A stretch of 64,000 bases of DNA from Heptranchias perlo (taxonomy: Eukaryota): assembly GCF_035084215.1 (NCBI RefSeq), contig NW_027139666.1:1116001-1180000 (forward strand), written 5' to 3'. This document shows, piece after piece, positions 1 through 12,440 of the stretch. Under the pieces are notes generated by a model. It did no database searches and had not been told where the DNA came from. It saw only the letters and a list, made by a program, of their open reading frames with translations. Each line of letters begins with the position of its first letter. Positions within the stretch are counted from its first letter, which is position 1. Both the position numbers and the translations under genes were made by a program.

Positions 1-985
1 CAAACCAATCAAAATATATTACACGGTATTAGACTGAAAGGCACAGTACGAATTCCATTAGTACAGACCCAGCTACATATTGTATGCAGTCCAAAATTCG
101 TATATACATATTATCATATTGAAACATACAGTCTGAATCCTATTAGTGTAGACGAAGCTACACATTGCAAACGATTCCAATAATTACTTCAAACTCATGC
201 TGAAAGGTATGGCATCAATTCCATTATTGCGGACTGAGTTATTCCTGACATACCAGTCCAAATATAGCACAAAGTGTCAGCCTGAAAGATAAAGTATCAA
301 TTCCATTAGCGCAGACTGAGCTACACAATAAATACCAGATCAATAATTTCACGGTAAAATATCGAAATATACATTATCATTTGCAATAGTCTTTCAAGAG
401 ATTAAGATGTAATCCTACACCAAACCTCACACATTGTTTGATTGAAACAAAATACAGAAGTGTATCCATATTTAAAAAATAATGCTGGACAAAGGACCGT
501 GCAAACATTAATGAAGTAAAGATACAGTTTCAAGTAACATGCTGTATCCTGAAATAAGAATACAGAACGAATCCAGACTTGCACTTTGTCCCAGAGACTG
601 AGTTACAGAATGAATCCCACACTGAGATAAAATTCCAGAGACTTCCAGTCACAGAATGAATCCCACACAGTACCAGAGACTGACAGATACAGAATGAATC
701 CCACACTCACACACAGTACCAGAGACTGACAAATTCAGTATTAATCCCACACTCACACAAAGTACCAGAGACTGACAGGTTCAGAATGAATCCCACACTC
801 ACACAAAGTACCAGAGACTGACAGATACAGAATGAATCCCACACTCACACAAAGTACCAGAGACTGACAAATTCAGAATGAATCCCACACTCACATACAG
901 TACCAGAGAATGACAGGTAGAGAATTAATCTCACACTCACAGACAGTACTGGAGGCTGACAGATACAGAATGAATATACAGTCTG
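1..985 (+). repeat. Composite satellite block: ~82-bp repeats (1-380), AT-rich linker, 46-bp repeats (590-985)
   Basis: 46-bp unit AGAGACTGACAGATACAGAATGAATCCCACACTCACACACAGTACC recurs at 721 and 767. Degenerate ~82-bp unit CAGTATCAATTCCATTAGTGCAGACTGAGCTACAC... lies upstream. Confidence 0.9.
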
Positions 986-1361
986 ACATCGACTGGCCGT
1001 AAGCGAGAACTCTAACAGAGTGGAACAAATTCACATTTTCTGTCGTTACAGAAACAGGACAAAGTGCAATGTGAGGAAATAGTTTCTCTCTGTAACTTCT
1101 ACTCTGTTTTTAAAAAATATTTTGACAGTGAAAAATTAAGACAACTGACTCACAATAAAGTTTTTGTTTTGTTGATTCAAAAGTTGTGAATTTGCCCCAT
1201 TATATTTCACTCTACATTGCGCAATATTTCTGTCTGATTTCTCAGGACATGAATTAGATTAATTCAAATAAATCGAACTAAAACACAAATAAAAACTGAG
1301 CACAAAGCTGGAAGTTTTAATGGCGACCGTCAAAAGTGAAAGGGATGAAATAGAGAGAAAA

Positions 1362-1455
1362 AAAAAATGCTGGAAAGACTCAGCATGTCCGGCAGCATAT
1401 GTGGAGAAGGGGAGCTCGGGTTAACGGTTCAGGACTATGACCCTTCAAGAGATCA
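1362..1455 (-). mobile_element. Old short interspersed repeat, probably a decayed Penelope-type terminal repeat with a degenerate hammerhead core (copies ~28945-29035 and ~50485-50575)
   Basis: Minus strand reads CTCTTGA-AGGGTC-ATA-GTCCT-GAAC-CGTTAAC, a decayed CTGANGA/stem II/GAAAC layout. The family assignment rests on recollection of shark repeats. Confidence 0.4.
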
Positions 1456-1743
1456 GAAAGGTTAATCCGACATAATTTAAATAAGGGACGGGAATCAGCA
1501 GAGAGAAAAAACTTCAGAAAATCTATTAATTTCACTGAATCCGGGCAATTGTTTCCCGTATCCACTGTACAGATCAGTGTAAATAATAATACAAAGGGAA
1601 AGAGTTAAATTCAAAGTTATGGGGGAAAGAAATGACCTTTCAAAGTATTTTTTTAAATATAAATAAGACCCGTTTGTGTTTTCGAAACACTATCCCTCTG
1701 AACATCATCAAATTCGGTTCCAGTCTTGGTGATTCTGAATTCA

Positions 1744-1811
1744 GCGTGCTGGGATTCAAACCTGTTGGAATGAACTGTTTGGAAGGCAGCTCTGCTCACC
1801 ATTATAGCGCC
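1744..1811 (-). pseudogene. Degenerate tRNA-Gly(TCC) copy
   Basis: AACTGTTTGGAAGGCAGCTCTGCTCACCATTATA aligns to the intact tRNA at 40486-40557. Stems are broken; part of the 5' flank (1892-1925) is also shared. Confidence 0.7.
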
Positions 1812-1949
1812 TTATTTGACGAGGAGGGAAAAATCGAGTGTTTCTGTGGAGTTTGGGTTTGGGGTTTCTGGTACTTTAATCATAGACAATAAATAGTTTC
1901 CAAACATCAGCCCCTGAACAGACACAAAAAGCTCGTAGAATTTCTCATT

Positions 1950-3985
1950 CATAGATATTAAATAAGAGGATGGCAAAAGCGAATAGGAAGAGGTTAGGAA
2001 GAAGTCACAAAAACAATTAGGGAAGCAAACAGGAACTACGAAATCAAATTATCAAGGAATATAAAAAGAAATAGTAAATTATTCCACAGACACAAAAATA
2101 ACAAAAGGAAAACCAGAATAGTTTGAGTGCCACTAAGGGATGCACAAGATAAACTCACAGGTAATGTCAGCGAAATGGCAGAAATATTGAATTGTTACTT
2201 TGCCTCAGTATTTACCAGGGAGATTAACAGGGTAAATATGATATAGAGGAAGAGGTCAATAAAGATATCAAGACATTTAAGTTAGAAAGGGTGGTTAATC
2301 TGGTCCAGATGGATTGCATCCGCACATATTAAATGAAGCAAGGGAAGAGATAGCAGAGGCACTGTTACATATATAGAAAAAAAATCATCAAATGTCTGAC
2401 AAATTTGCTTGAGTTCTTCGAGGATATAACGTATAGGGTGGATAAAGGGGAACCAGTGGACGTAGTGTATTTAGACTTCCAGAAGGCATTCGACAAGGTG
2501 CCACATAAAAGATTATTACTTAAGATAAAAAATCACGGGATTGGGGGTAATATTCTGGCATGGGTGGAGGATTGGTTATCAAACAGGAAGCAGAGAGTTG
2601 GGATAAATGGTTCATTTTCGGACTGGCAACCAGTAACCAGTGGTGTTCCACAGGGGTCGGTGCTGGGTCCCCAACTCTTTACAATCTATATTAACGATTT
2701 GGAGGAGGGGACCGAGTGCAACATATCAAAATTTGCAGATGATACAAAGATGGGAGGGAAAGTAGAGAGTGAGGAGGACATAAAAAACCTGCAAGGGGAT
2801 ATAGACAGGCTGGGTGAGTGGGCGGAGATTTGGCAGATGCAATATAATATTGGAAAATGTGAGGTTATGCACTTTGGCAGGAAAAATCAGAGAGCAAGTT
2901 ATTTTCTTAATGGCGAGAGACTGGAAAGTACTGCAGTACAAAGGGATCTGGGGGTCCTAGTGCAAGAAAATCAAAAAGTTGGTATGCAGGTGCAGCAGGT
3001 GATCAAGAAAGCCAACGGAATGTTGGCTTTTATTGCTAGGGGGATAGAATATAAAAACAAGGAGGTATTGCTGCAGTTATATAAGGTATTGGTGAGACCG
3101 CACCTGGAATACTGCATACAGTTTTGGTCTCCATACTTAAGAAAAGACATACTTGCTCTCGAGGCAGTACAAAGAAGGTTCACTCGGTTAATCCCGGGGA
3201 TGAGGGGGCGGACATATGAGGAGAGGTTGAGTAGATTGGGACTCTACTCATTGGAGTTCAGAAGAATGAGAGGCGATCTTATTGAAACATATAATATTGT
3301 GAAGGGTCTTGATCGGGTGGATGCAGTAAGGATGTTCCCAAAGATGGGTGAAACTAGAACTAGGGGGCATAATCTTAGAATAAGGGGCTGCTCTTTCAAA
3401 ACTGAGATGAGGAGAAACTTCTTCACTCAGAGGGTGGTAGGACTGTGGAATTTGCTGCCCCAGGAAGCTGTGGAAGCTACATCATTAGATAAATTTAAAA
3501 CAGAAATAGACAGTTTCCTAGAAGTAAAGGGAATTAGGGGTTATGGGGAGCAGGCAGGAAATTGGACATGAAGCTGAGTTCGGATCGGTCAATGCCCTGT
3601 GGGTGGCGGAGAGGGCCCAGGGGCTATGTGGCCGGGTCCTGCTCCGACTTCTTGTGTTCTTTAGATTTGTGGTTGGGATCAGATCAGCCATGATCTTATT
3701 GAATGGCGGAGCAGGCTCGAGGGGCCGATTGGCCTACTCCTGCTCCAATTTCTTATGTTCTTATATGTCTAAAAACGAATAGTGCCAAAGGGCAGGATGA
3801 TAGTTAATGTGATTCATATATTTTGAAACAGGAGATAGAACAAGTCCAGGGAACTATAGGCCAGTTAACAAAAGGTCGGTGGTAGGAATGATCATGGAAT
3901 CTTTTACTCAATGAAGCAATCGAAAAACATCTAGAAACCGAAAATATAATAAAGAATAGTCAGCACGGATCTCAGAAAGGGAATG
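1950..3985 (+). mobile_element. Old degenerate CR1 LINE ORF2 fragment, interrupted by the younger CR1 at ~2388-3764; uninterrupted copies at ~29540-30200 and ~51070-51720
   Basis: Decayed CR1 motifs (MAEILNxYFASVFT, GPDGLHP, PGNYRPV, SQHGF) with stops and frameshifts. Confidence 0.8.
2388..3764 (+). mobile_element. Young 5'-truncated CR1-clade LINE: open RT C-terminal ORF 2405-3571 plus 3' UTR ending TCTTATGTTCTTAT
   Basis: YLDFQKAFDKVPH, GVPQGSVLGP, FADD and RPHLEYC motifs, no stops over 388 codons. Absent from the paralogous sites at ~29980 and ~51500. Confidence 0.95.
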
Positions 3986-4019
3986 TTTAACAGTTTGACA
4001 GAAGGTTTGAAAGTTTAAA

Positions 4020-4350
4020 TTACAGTTCAACATAACTTATCTGCTTTTCAATTCTATTCCTCCAGAAATAAACCCCAGTGCTGTGTTTGCTTTCTGTGGC
4101 CTCATCAACCTGTGTTGCTACTTTTAATGATTTGTCAATCTGTACCCCGAAATCCCTTCGCTCTTCTACCACATTTAGACTCTTATTTTCCAAGCAGTAT
4201 GAGGCCTCCTTATTCCCCCGAGCAAAATGCACCATCTCACACCTTTCTATATTGAAATTCAATGGCCATTTAAACCGCCTTTCATCAAGCTTATTAAAGT
4301 CTTCTTGTATTTTGTTGGATTCTTCGTCAGTATAGACTATACACCTAAAT
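4020..4350 (-). mobile_element. Degenerate CR1 fragment; copies at ~19135-19310, 24760-24930, 30240-30560, 46850-47030, 51760-52070
   Basis: FNIERCEMVHF...RDFGVQIDKSLK resembles the CR1 FNxxKCEVMHF...RDLGV segment. Confidence 0.8.
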
Positions 4351-4594
4351 TAATTACAAGAATTTAATACAGCATGCAACCAACATTTGGTCCAACCAAA
4401 TGTTTCCAATTTCCAGTTTTTCTAAATCCCACCCGTACAATATAATGTGAAGAATGAGTTTATCTTCTGTCCCTCTCTCACCTGCAAACTTCAATGTCCC
4501 GGGGTTTGGGGACATCTACAGGCCGGAAGCAGAACTGCAACAGTTCGGAACAAATTGCTCAAACCGGACAATGTGCAGTGTGAGCGTGTTTGTG

Positions 4595-4750
4595 ATTGGT
4601 GCCAGGTATTAAATCTGATTGGTTTCTTCAGATATCCAATCAGAGAGTGAATGGAAAAGGTGACGTTGTATCACTCCGAATGACCCAATCACAATCAATG
4701 CCTTCCTCCATCCCTCATTAGCATAGGGCTGTGGGGCTGCCTATTTAATC
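4595..4750 (+). promoter_or_regulatory. H2B promoter: CCAAT boxes, H2B-box/octamer variant CTCATTAGCATAG (4714-4726), TATTTAA (4742-4748)
   Basis: One mismatch to the vertebrate H2B box CTCATTTGCATA; correct position upstream of the ATG. Confidence 0.75.
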
Positions 4751-4801
4751 CGAGTTCGGAGCGGATTTGGGTCATTCCTGGGTCTGAAATTGAGTTTGAA
4801 A

Positions 4802-5176
4802 ATGCCTGAGGACAAGAAAGCAGCTCCCAAGAAGGGCGCCAAGAAAACCTTGAGTAAAGCACCAGCCAAGGGCGGCAAGAAGCGGAGAAAGTCGAGGAAG
4901 GAGAGTTACTCCATCTACATCTACAAAGTGATGAAGCAGGTTCACCCCGACACCGGCATCTCCTCCAAGGCCATGAGCATCATGAACTCCTTTGTGAACG
5001 ATATTTTCGAGCGCATCGCGGGTGAGGCTTCCCGCCTGGCCCATTACAACAAGCGGGCGACCATCAGCTCCCGGGAGATCCAGACCGCCGTGCGCCTGCT
5101 GCTGCCCGGGGAACTGGCCAAACACGCCGTATCGGAAGGGACGAAGGCGGTGACCAAGTACACCAGCTCCAAGTAA
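4802..5176 (+). CDS. H2B: Histone H2B, 124 aa, replication-dependent
   Basis: MPEDKK...[26 protein letters not shown]...AVTKYTSSK; intronless; 3' stem-loop follows. Confidence 0.98.
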   Translation: MPEDKKAAPKKGAKKTLSKAPAKGGKKRRKSRKESYSIYIYKVMKQVHPDTGISSKAMSIMNSFVNDIFERIAGEASRLAHYNKRATISSREIQTAVRLLLPGELAKHAVSEGTKAVTKYTSSK

Positions 5177-5210
5177 AACTCCACAGTGCACTGAAAAAAA
5201 TGAACACAAA

Positions 5211-5250
5211 GGCTCTTTTAAGAGCCACCCACAGTCTCTCTGAAGACGCT
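5211..5250 (+). terminator. Histone 3' stem-loop GGCTCTTTTAAGAGCC-ACCCA plus purine-rich downstream element
   Basis: Canonical 16-nt SLBP hairpin at 5211-5226. Confidence 0.95.
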
Positions 5251-5959
5251 GTAACGACCCCTCTGTATGGAATCATTTTACTGTAGAATGTTTGATACTA
5301 ACTGTTTTTCTATAACTCTTGTGCTTTTCTAATTTCTCTTGAAATCTAGTAGATTCTCATCATCACTGCCGGTTATAATCTGTGTGTTGCTTTTTTATTT
5401 AGTCCCAATAAACAAAAACGTGTCACTGATCCTCTCGTTCTCGTTCATATTCCGACCCTTCCCCCGCTACTGCCCATTAAGAGCCGTTTTAAGGGGGTGG
5501 ATTAGACTTCAGTCATTTTTTTCTCCTTTTCACGTTTGTTTGTTCATTATTCGGGAATATCACTTTCAGAACCGCAATCCTTTGTAAAGCAACAGCCTTG
5601 AAAGGGACTTCACACCGAGTACAGAATAATCTAAAGGATCTGTTACTGTTCGACTCCTTACACCAGGAGTCCCGGCTCCGGTTTCGATCGCGATGCAGCT
5701 CCTGCGAACAGGGATCAATCCACAATCTGTCGTTTGTTCCTTTCACAAAGATTGAGCTGGAATCTGTCTCGTTACAAAATGGGTCTTTATTCCCGCCCGA
5801 TTGAAAATGAACGGTTAATGAAGCCGGATTTTAACTGGAATGTATAAGGTTCTGGAAGTTGTGACGGGAAATGTGGAACAACAGAGTAAAAGGAGAGAGA
5901 TATTTAAATTTTTGTCTTTCGCGACATTATTTACTAAATCCGATTCTTGTGTTACAGAA

Positions 5960-6592
<633 letters not shown>

Positions 6593-6622
6593 AGCGGCCA
6601 AGATTTAACCTGATAACCCAAA

Positions 6623-6665
6623 GGCTCTTTTCAGAGCCACCCACGGTATCTATGAAAGGGCTGGT
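6623..6665 (+). terminator. Histone 3' stem-loop GGCTCTTTTCAGAGCC-ACCCA plus HDE GAAAGGGCTG
   Basis: Hairpin at 6623-6638. Confidence 0.95.
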
Positions 6666-6859
6666 GACTGTCTGTGGGCTCAGGTATTAACTTCAAAAGG
6701 ACTTGATTCCGATTCGAGAAACTAACAATAACTTGTTATGCACAAATCATCCATATCGGTCTGTTGCAGTAATGATGTGGAGATGCCGGTGATGGACTGG
6801 GGTTGACAATTGTAAACAATTTTACAACACCAAGTTATAGTCCAGCAATTTTATTTTAA

Positions 6860-6900
6860 ATTCACAAGCTTTCGGAGATTTTCTCCTTCCTCAGGCAAAT
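6860..6900 (-). ncRNA. Minimal type I hammerhead ribozyme (PLE terminal repeat)
   Basis: Reverse complement of 8574-8614. Confidence 0.8.
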
Positions 6901-7519
6901 GTTTCAAGATCTCCTTGAAGCCTACGCATTTATACATATTGAACAATAATAAATGGTGTTTACAGACTGCCTCTGCAACTGCCCGTTGCCAAGGCAATCA
7001 CCGTGTTCAGACAGAGAGGTGTTACCTGCAGAACCTCCGAATACACATTCAATAAAAAAACAAACAGGGAAAAAAAAACAGAGAAAAAAAAACACAGAGA
7101 GAGGCAGAAACATCCGGAAGGCAGAGAGAGCCAGCAAATGACCCATTATATTAAAAACAGATAACATTTGTTCGCTGGTGGGGTAACGTGTAGCGTGACA
7201 TGAACCCAAGATCCCGGTTGAGGCCGTCCTCATGGGTGCGGAACTTGGCTATCAATTTCTGCTCGACGATTTTGCGTTGTCGTGTGTCTCGAAGGCCGCC
7301 TTGGAGTACGCTTACCCGAAGGTCGGTGGATGAATGTCCATGACTGCTGAAGTGTTCCCCGACTGGGAGGGAACCCTCCTGTTTGGCGATTGTTGCGCGG
7401 TGTCCGTTCATCCGTTGTCGCAGCGTCTGCATGGTCTCGCCAATGTACCATGCTCTGGGGCATCCTTTCCTGCAACGTATGAGGTAGACAACGTTGGCTG
7501 AGTCACAGGAGTATGAACC

Positions 7520-8323
7520 ATGCACCTGGTGGGTGGTGTCATCTCGTGTGATGGTGGTATCTGTGTCGATGATCTGGCATGTCTTGCAGAGGTTACCGTG
7601 GCAGGGTTGTGTGGCGTCGTGGACGCTGTTCTAACACGGGACGCAACCAACAGAGTACCCTTTGTCGTCCAGTACTTCCCCGGAGCGGAGAAACTACGCC
7701 ATGTTCTCCGCAGCCTTCAACATGTCATCAATGAGGACAAACACCTCGCTATGGCCATCCCCACACCTCCACTACTCGCCTTTAAACAGCCACCCAACCT
7801 CAAACAGACCATCGTTCGCAGCAAACTACCTAGCTTTCAAGAGAACAGCGTCCACGACGCCACACAACCCTGCCACGGTAACCTCTGCAAGACATGCCAG
7901 ATCATCGACACAGATACCACCATCACACGAGATGACACCACCCACCAGGTGCATGGTTCATACTCCTGTGACTCAGCCAACGTTGTCTACCTCATACGTT
8001 GCAGGAAAGGATGCCCCAGAGCATGGTACATTGGCGAGACCATGCAGACGCTGCGACAACGGATGAACGGACACCGCGCAACAATCGCCAAACAGGAGGG
8101 TTCCCTCCCAGTCGGGGAACACTTCAGCAGTCATGGACATTCATCCACCGACCTTCGGGTAAGCGTACTCCAAGGCGGCCTTCGAGACACACGACAACGC
8201 AAAATCGTCGAGCAGAAATTGATAGCCAAGTTCCGCACCCATGAGGACGGCCTCAACCGGGATCTTGGGTTCATGTCACGCTACACGTTACCCCACCAGC
8301 GAACAAATGTTATCTGTTTTTAA
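7520..8323 (+). CDS. Chimeric ORF: antisense-arm leader fused in frame to the PLE linker and GIY-YIG endonuclease; no RT; expression unknown
   Basis: Junction at ~7632 (DAVL|TRDATNRVPF). The remainder matches the PLE ORF at 37600-38415. Confidence 0.5.
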   Translation: MHLVGGVISCDGGICVDDLACLAEVTVAGLCGVVDAVLTRDATNRVPFVVQYFPGAEKLRHVLRSLQHVINEDKHLAMAIPTPPLLAFKQPPNLKQTIVRSKLPSFQENSVHDATQPCHGNLCKTCQIIDTDTTITRDDTTHQVHGSYSCDSANVVYLIRCRKGCPRAWYIGETMQTLRQRMNGHRATIAKQEGSLPVGEHFSSHGHSSTDLRVSVLQGGLRDTRQRKIVEQKLIAKFRTHEDGLNRDLGFMSRYTLPHQRTNVICF

Positions 8324-8573
8324 TATAATGGGTCATTTGCTGGCTCTCTCTGCCTTCCGGATGTTTCTGCCTCTCTCTGTGTTTTTTTTTCTCTGTTTTT
8401 TTTTCCCTGTTTGTTTTTTTATTGAATGTGTATTCGGAGGTTCTGCAGGTAACACCTCTCTGTCTGAACACGGTGATTGCCTTGGCAACGGGCAGTTGCA
8501 GAGGCAGTCTGTAAACACCATTTATTATTGTTCAATATGTATAAATGCGTAGGCTTCAAGGAGATCTTGAAAC

Positions 8574-8614
8574 ATTTGCCTGAGGAAGGAGAAAATCTCC
8601 GAAAGCTTGTGAAT
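8574..8614 (+). ncRNA. Minimal type I hammerhead ribozyme
   Basis: ATTTGC-CTGAGGA-A-GGAGA-AAA-TCTCC-GAAA-GC-TT-GTGAAT: conserved core, 5-bp stem II, palindromic AGCT stem III, stem I ATTTGC/GTGAAT with wobbles. Confidence 0.8.
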
Positions 8615-9069
8615 TTAAAATAAAATTGCTGGACTATAACTTGGTGTTGTAAAATTGTTTACAATTGTTGCAGTAATCGCTTCCGGACCGCAGATGTCGC
8701 CAACCTCCAATCGATTATAATTTGCAGTTTGTCTGGTGAATGAGACAAAATACCAGAACCGTTAGAATTGCCAACTGGGCGGGTGCGATACAGAAATACC
8801 AGGGACGCTTAATATTATTTACCGTCCCATCCTCGGACAACACTGGCTCAGTCTGTGTTATTTTACCCAGATTTGTACAACGGATGCTGACTGATGTGCT
8901 GTTATTGTATCAGCGATTACTGAATTAAGAATGTGAGTGAAATTTGTGTTTGGATGTGAGTGAGGTATTTATTCTGTCCCTGTCCGTCTGATATCTGCTC
9001 CCTCCCCTTTATACGTTTCCCATCTAAGCAAATTTCTCACGACCCTGCTATTTCAACCCAGGAGATCAC

Positions 9070-9109
9070 AGATCTTTCCATCGCCGATTTGTTGGCTCTG
9101 AAAAGAGCC
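9070..9109 (-). terminator. H3 3' stem-loop GGCTCTTTTCAGAGCC followed by AACAA and HDE GAAAGATC
   Basis: Hairpin at 9094-9109. Confidence 0.92.
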
Positions 9110-9142
9110 TTTGTTGCACTTGGTGCTGAAGCCGGGTCGGGT

Positions 9143-10045
<903 letters not shown>

Positions 10046-10389
10046 TCGGCCCGGTGAAGCGCTCCTCAAACAGAAACTTCACATCGAACTGATAATTGAA
10101 TGAGGGCAGGAAATAAAGACCGAGCAGAGAGGACACAGCGGGAGAGGGAGTGAGGAGGGATTTTACTCTGAGCGGAGAAGGTAATGTCTGGGGAAAGACT
10201 CTGTATCACCGCCTGTTCATTTATACCGTGAAACCGGGAATTCCGCTCCTTCTCTCGGGACGGCCGAGAACCCGGGCCGTTGTTTCTGATCTCCCTGCAC
10301 CGAGTGTTGGGGAATCTCCCCATACTAATTAAATATCGGAAACTGATTCCCCATCCTGAGATCTTTCCTCTCCCCGTTCCCAGGTCAGT

Positions 10390-10428
10390 GCTCTCTCTGT
10401 GAGGCGGTGGGTGGCGCTGAGAAGAGCC
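10390..10428 (-). terminator. H4 3' stem-loop with a stem mismatch (GGCTCTTCTCAGCGCC)
   Basis: 10413-10428; AGCGCC instead of AGAGCC. Confidence 0.85.
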
Positions 10429-10463
10429 TTTGTTTTGTGTCCGGTTAGAAAGGGTCGAGTCGT

Positions 10464-10784
<321 letters not shown>

Positions 10785-10880
10785 TCACTCAATTCGCTGC
10801 TGAATGAACAGCAAACTGATGTTGGTTCCCTTTTTCTGCAGCCTGCCCTGACCTGACTGAAACAGACACAGGGTGAGAGA

Positions 10881-10965
10881 GGGAGGGGAGGAGACAGAGA
10901 TAAATATTAAACAGGGAGGGGAGGAGACAGAGTGTGATATTAAACAGGGAGGGGAGGAGACAATC
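10881..10965. repeat. 33-bp tandem repeat x~2.5 in the H4 upstream region
   Basis: GGGAGGGGAGGAGACA at 10881, 10914 and 10947. Confidence 0.85.
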
Positions 10966-11594
10966 AGAGAGACGGACAGAGCGGAGAGCGGCCTCTGATC
11001 TTCCAGCTCCACCTCCAGCTTTCTCCACCCGCCAATTTCAAACCGTTTATCGATAATAGAACCGAAACACAGCGCTCCGCACAAACCCTTACAGACTCGG
11101 GCTTCATAGAATCCCGGAGCTTTTCAATAAGCCCCGTTACAATCAATAGTCAGTAATATTCCTGCCTAAATACAGTCCCTTCTATAACAAGTCAACCCGC
11201 CTCCTTCCATTTCAGTCCCAGACCCGATTCTATCTCCCCGCACATTCCCTCCCAGACGGGTTCAGCAGTTTATAAACACTTTATTCCAGCTGATTTGAAG
11301 AATCTCATGTGTTGGGGTTTGAATTGTGATAGCTGCAGATCAACGCCAGTTTTACCCTGTCACGGACTGTCGCCCTGAATCTGAGAAAAAATGAACTGGG
11401 ACTGGAGCCGAACACACGCCAGTTCCAGTGAGGCCCGGCCCGGACATCCCATTCTCTCTATTTTATTACAGACATTGGGGGTCGGGCGGTGATAGCGAAT
11501 GTCAGCGAGTCACCAGGACCCTGGGTTTATTTGAAATGATTTCTATCTGAAATCTGAGCCCGGTCCCGGGACAGGAATCATCTGATTCCGGGAT

Positions 11595-11635
11595 CAGCTC
11601 TTTTCTGAGAGACGTGGGTGGCTCTGAGAAGAGCC
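11595..11635 (-). terminator. H1 3' stem-loop GGCTCTTCTCAGAGCC-ACCCA plus HDE AAAAGAGCTG
   Basis: Hairpin at 11620-11635. Confidence 0.95.
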
Positions 11636-11671
11636 GTTGGGTTCAGATGGTCACAAGTTGCACTTGATTTT

Positions 11672-12286
11672 TTACTTCTTTTTGCCCGCTGCTTTCTTAG
11701 GCTTTGCTGACTTCGGCTTGGGCTTGGCCCTCGGTTTTTCCACCTTCTTCGCCTTCGCCTTCACTGTCTTGGGGGTCTTGGGCTTCTTCGCCGCCGCTTT
11801 CTTCTTAATTGGTGATTTCGCCGCCTTTTTCGTGGTCGATTTCTTGACCGCTGGTTTCTTGGCCGTTAATTTCTTGACGGCTGTTTTTTTGGCCGCTGGT
11901 TTCTTTCCGGGAGATTTCTTGGTCACTTGTTTCTTCACCTTCTTTCCCACTTTTGCCTGAGTTTCCTTCTTAGCGACTCTGAAGGAGCCCGAGGCGCCCG
12001 TGCCCTTGATCTGCACCAGGGAGCCTTTTTCCACATTTCTCTTGATACTTAATTTAATCTGGGACCGGTGCTTCTCCACATCCAGGCCTTTGGCAGCCAG
12101 AACCTTCTTTATCGCGGCCAGGGATATCCCCTTGCGATCCTTGCAATCCCCCACAATCTTGAGGATCTGTTCGCCCAACGGGGGACCTGTGGTCTTGGGT
12201 CGGGGAACCGCCTTCTTCTTCTTCGGAGCCTTGGGTGGAGCGGCGGCGGCAGGAGGAGCCGTTTCGGCGGCTGCAGTGTCTGTCAT
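11672..12286 (-). CDS. H1: Linker histone H1, 204 aa
   Basis: MTDTAAAETAPP N-tail, globular domain ending KGTGASGSF, K/A/P-rich tail with SPGK/SPIK/TPKT motifs; stem-loop follows. Confidence 0.97.
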   Translation of the reverse strand: MTDTAAAETAPPAAAAPPKAPKKKKAVPRPKTTGPPLGEQILKIVGDCKDRKGISLAAIKKVLAAKGLDVEKHRSQIKLSIKRNVEKGSLVQIKGTGASGSFRVAKKETQAKVGKKVKKQVTKKSPGKKPAAKKTAVKKLTAKKPAVKKSTTKKAAKSPIKKKAAAKKPKTPKTVKAKAKKVEKPRAKPKPKSAKPKKAAGKKK

Positions 12287-12359
12287 GTCCGGGACTCTGT
12301 CGAAAATCTCTCTGACAGTCAGAGCTGGGTCAGAAATGAAACGAGAGGCGGCGGCACAG

Positions 12360-12440
12360 AGCAACTTAAAGGCACAGAGCGGACGGGGCGGAGACATCCT
12401 GCTGTCAGCTCCCGGCCCCTCCAGCCTCTCTGTGTTTCTC
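12360..12440 (-). promoter_or_regulatory. H1 promoter: H1 box AAACACA (12431-12437), GC box, TTTAAG
   Basis: Established H1-specific AC box at the expected distance from the gene. Confidence 0.75.

Larger units (their letters stand above)
6774..8665. mobile_element. Penelope-like retroelement (Neptune-type) 3' part, present as an inverted duplication; arms 6806-7632 and 7842-8668, 12-bp TSD TGTTGCAGTAAT
   Basis: TSD at 6762-6773 and 8666-8677. Mirrored ORFs have coordinates summing to 15474. GIY-YIG motif NVVYLIRCRKGCPRAWYIGET and linker Cx4CxxC. Confidence 0.93.

Noticed and set aside
2380-2400. ATGTCT as a TSD of the young CR1 (2392-2397 and 3765-3770)
   Set aside because: The left copy is plausibly CR1 sequence and the paralogous empty sites do not contain it.
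4772-5209. Antisense and alternate-frame ORFs over histone genes (e.g. 6257-6601, 8960-9628, 12000-12623, 52481-52987)
   Set aside because: Shadows of GC-rich, codon-biased histone CDSs.
6806-8668. DNA transposon with long TIRs
   Set aside because: The arms are PLE coding and 3' sequence (GIY-YIG, hammerhead), there is no transposase, and the tail is asymmetric as in PLEs.
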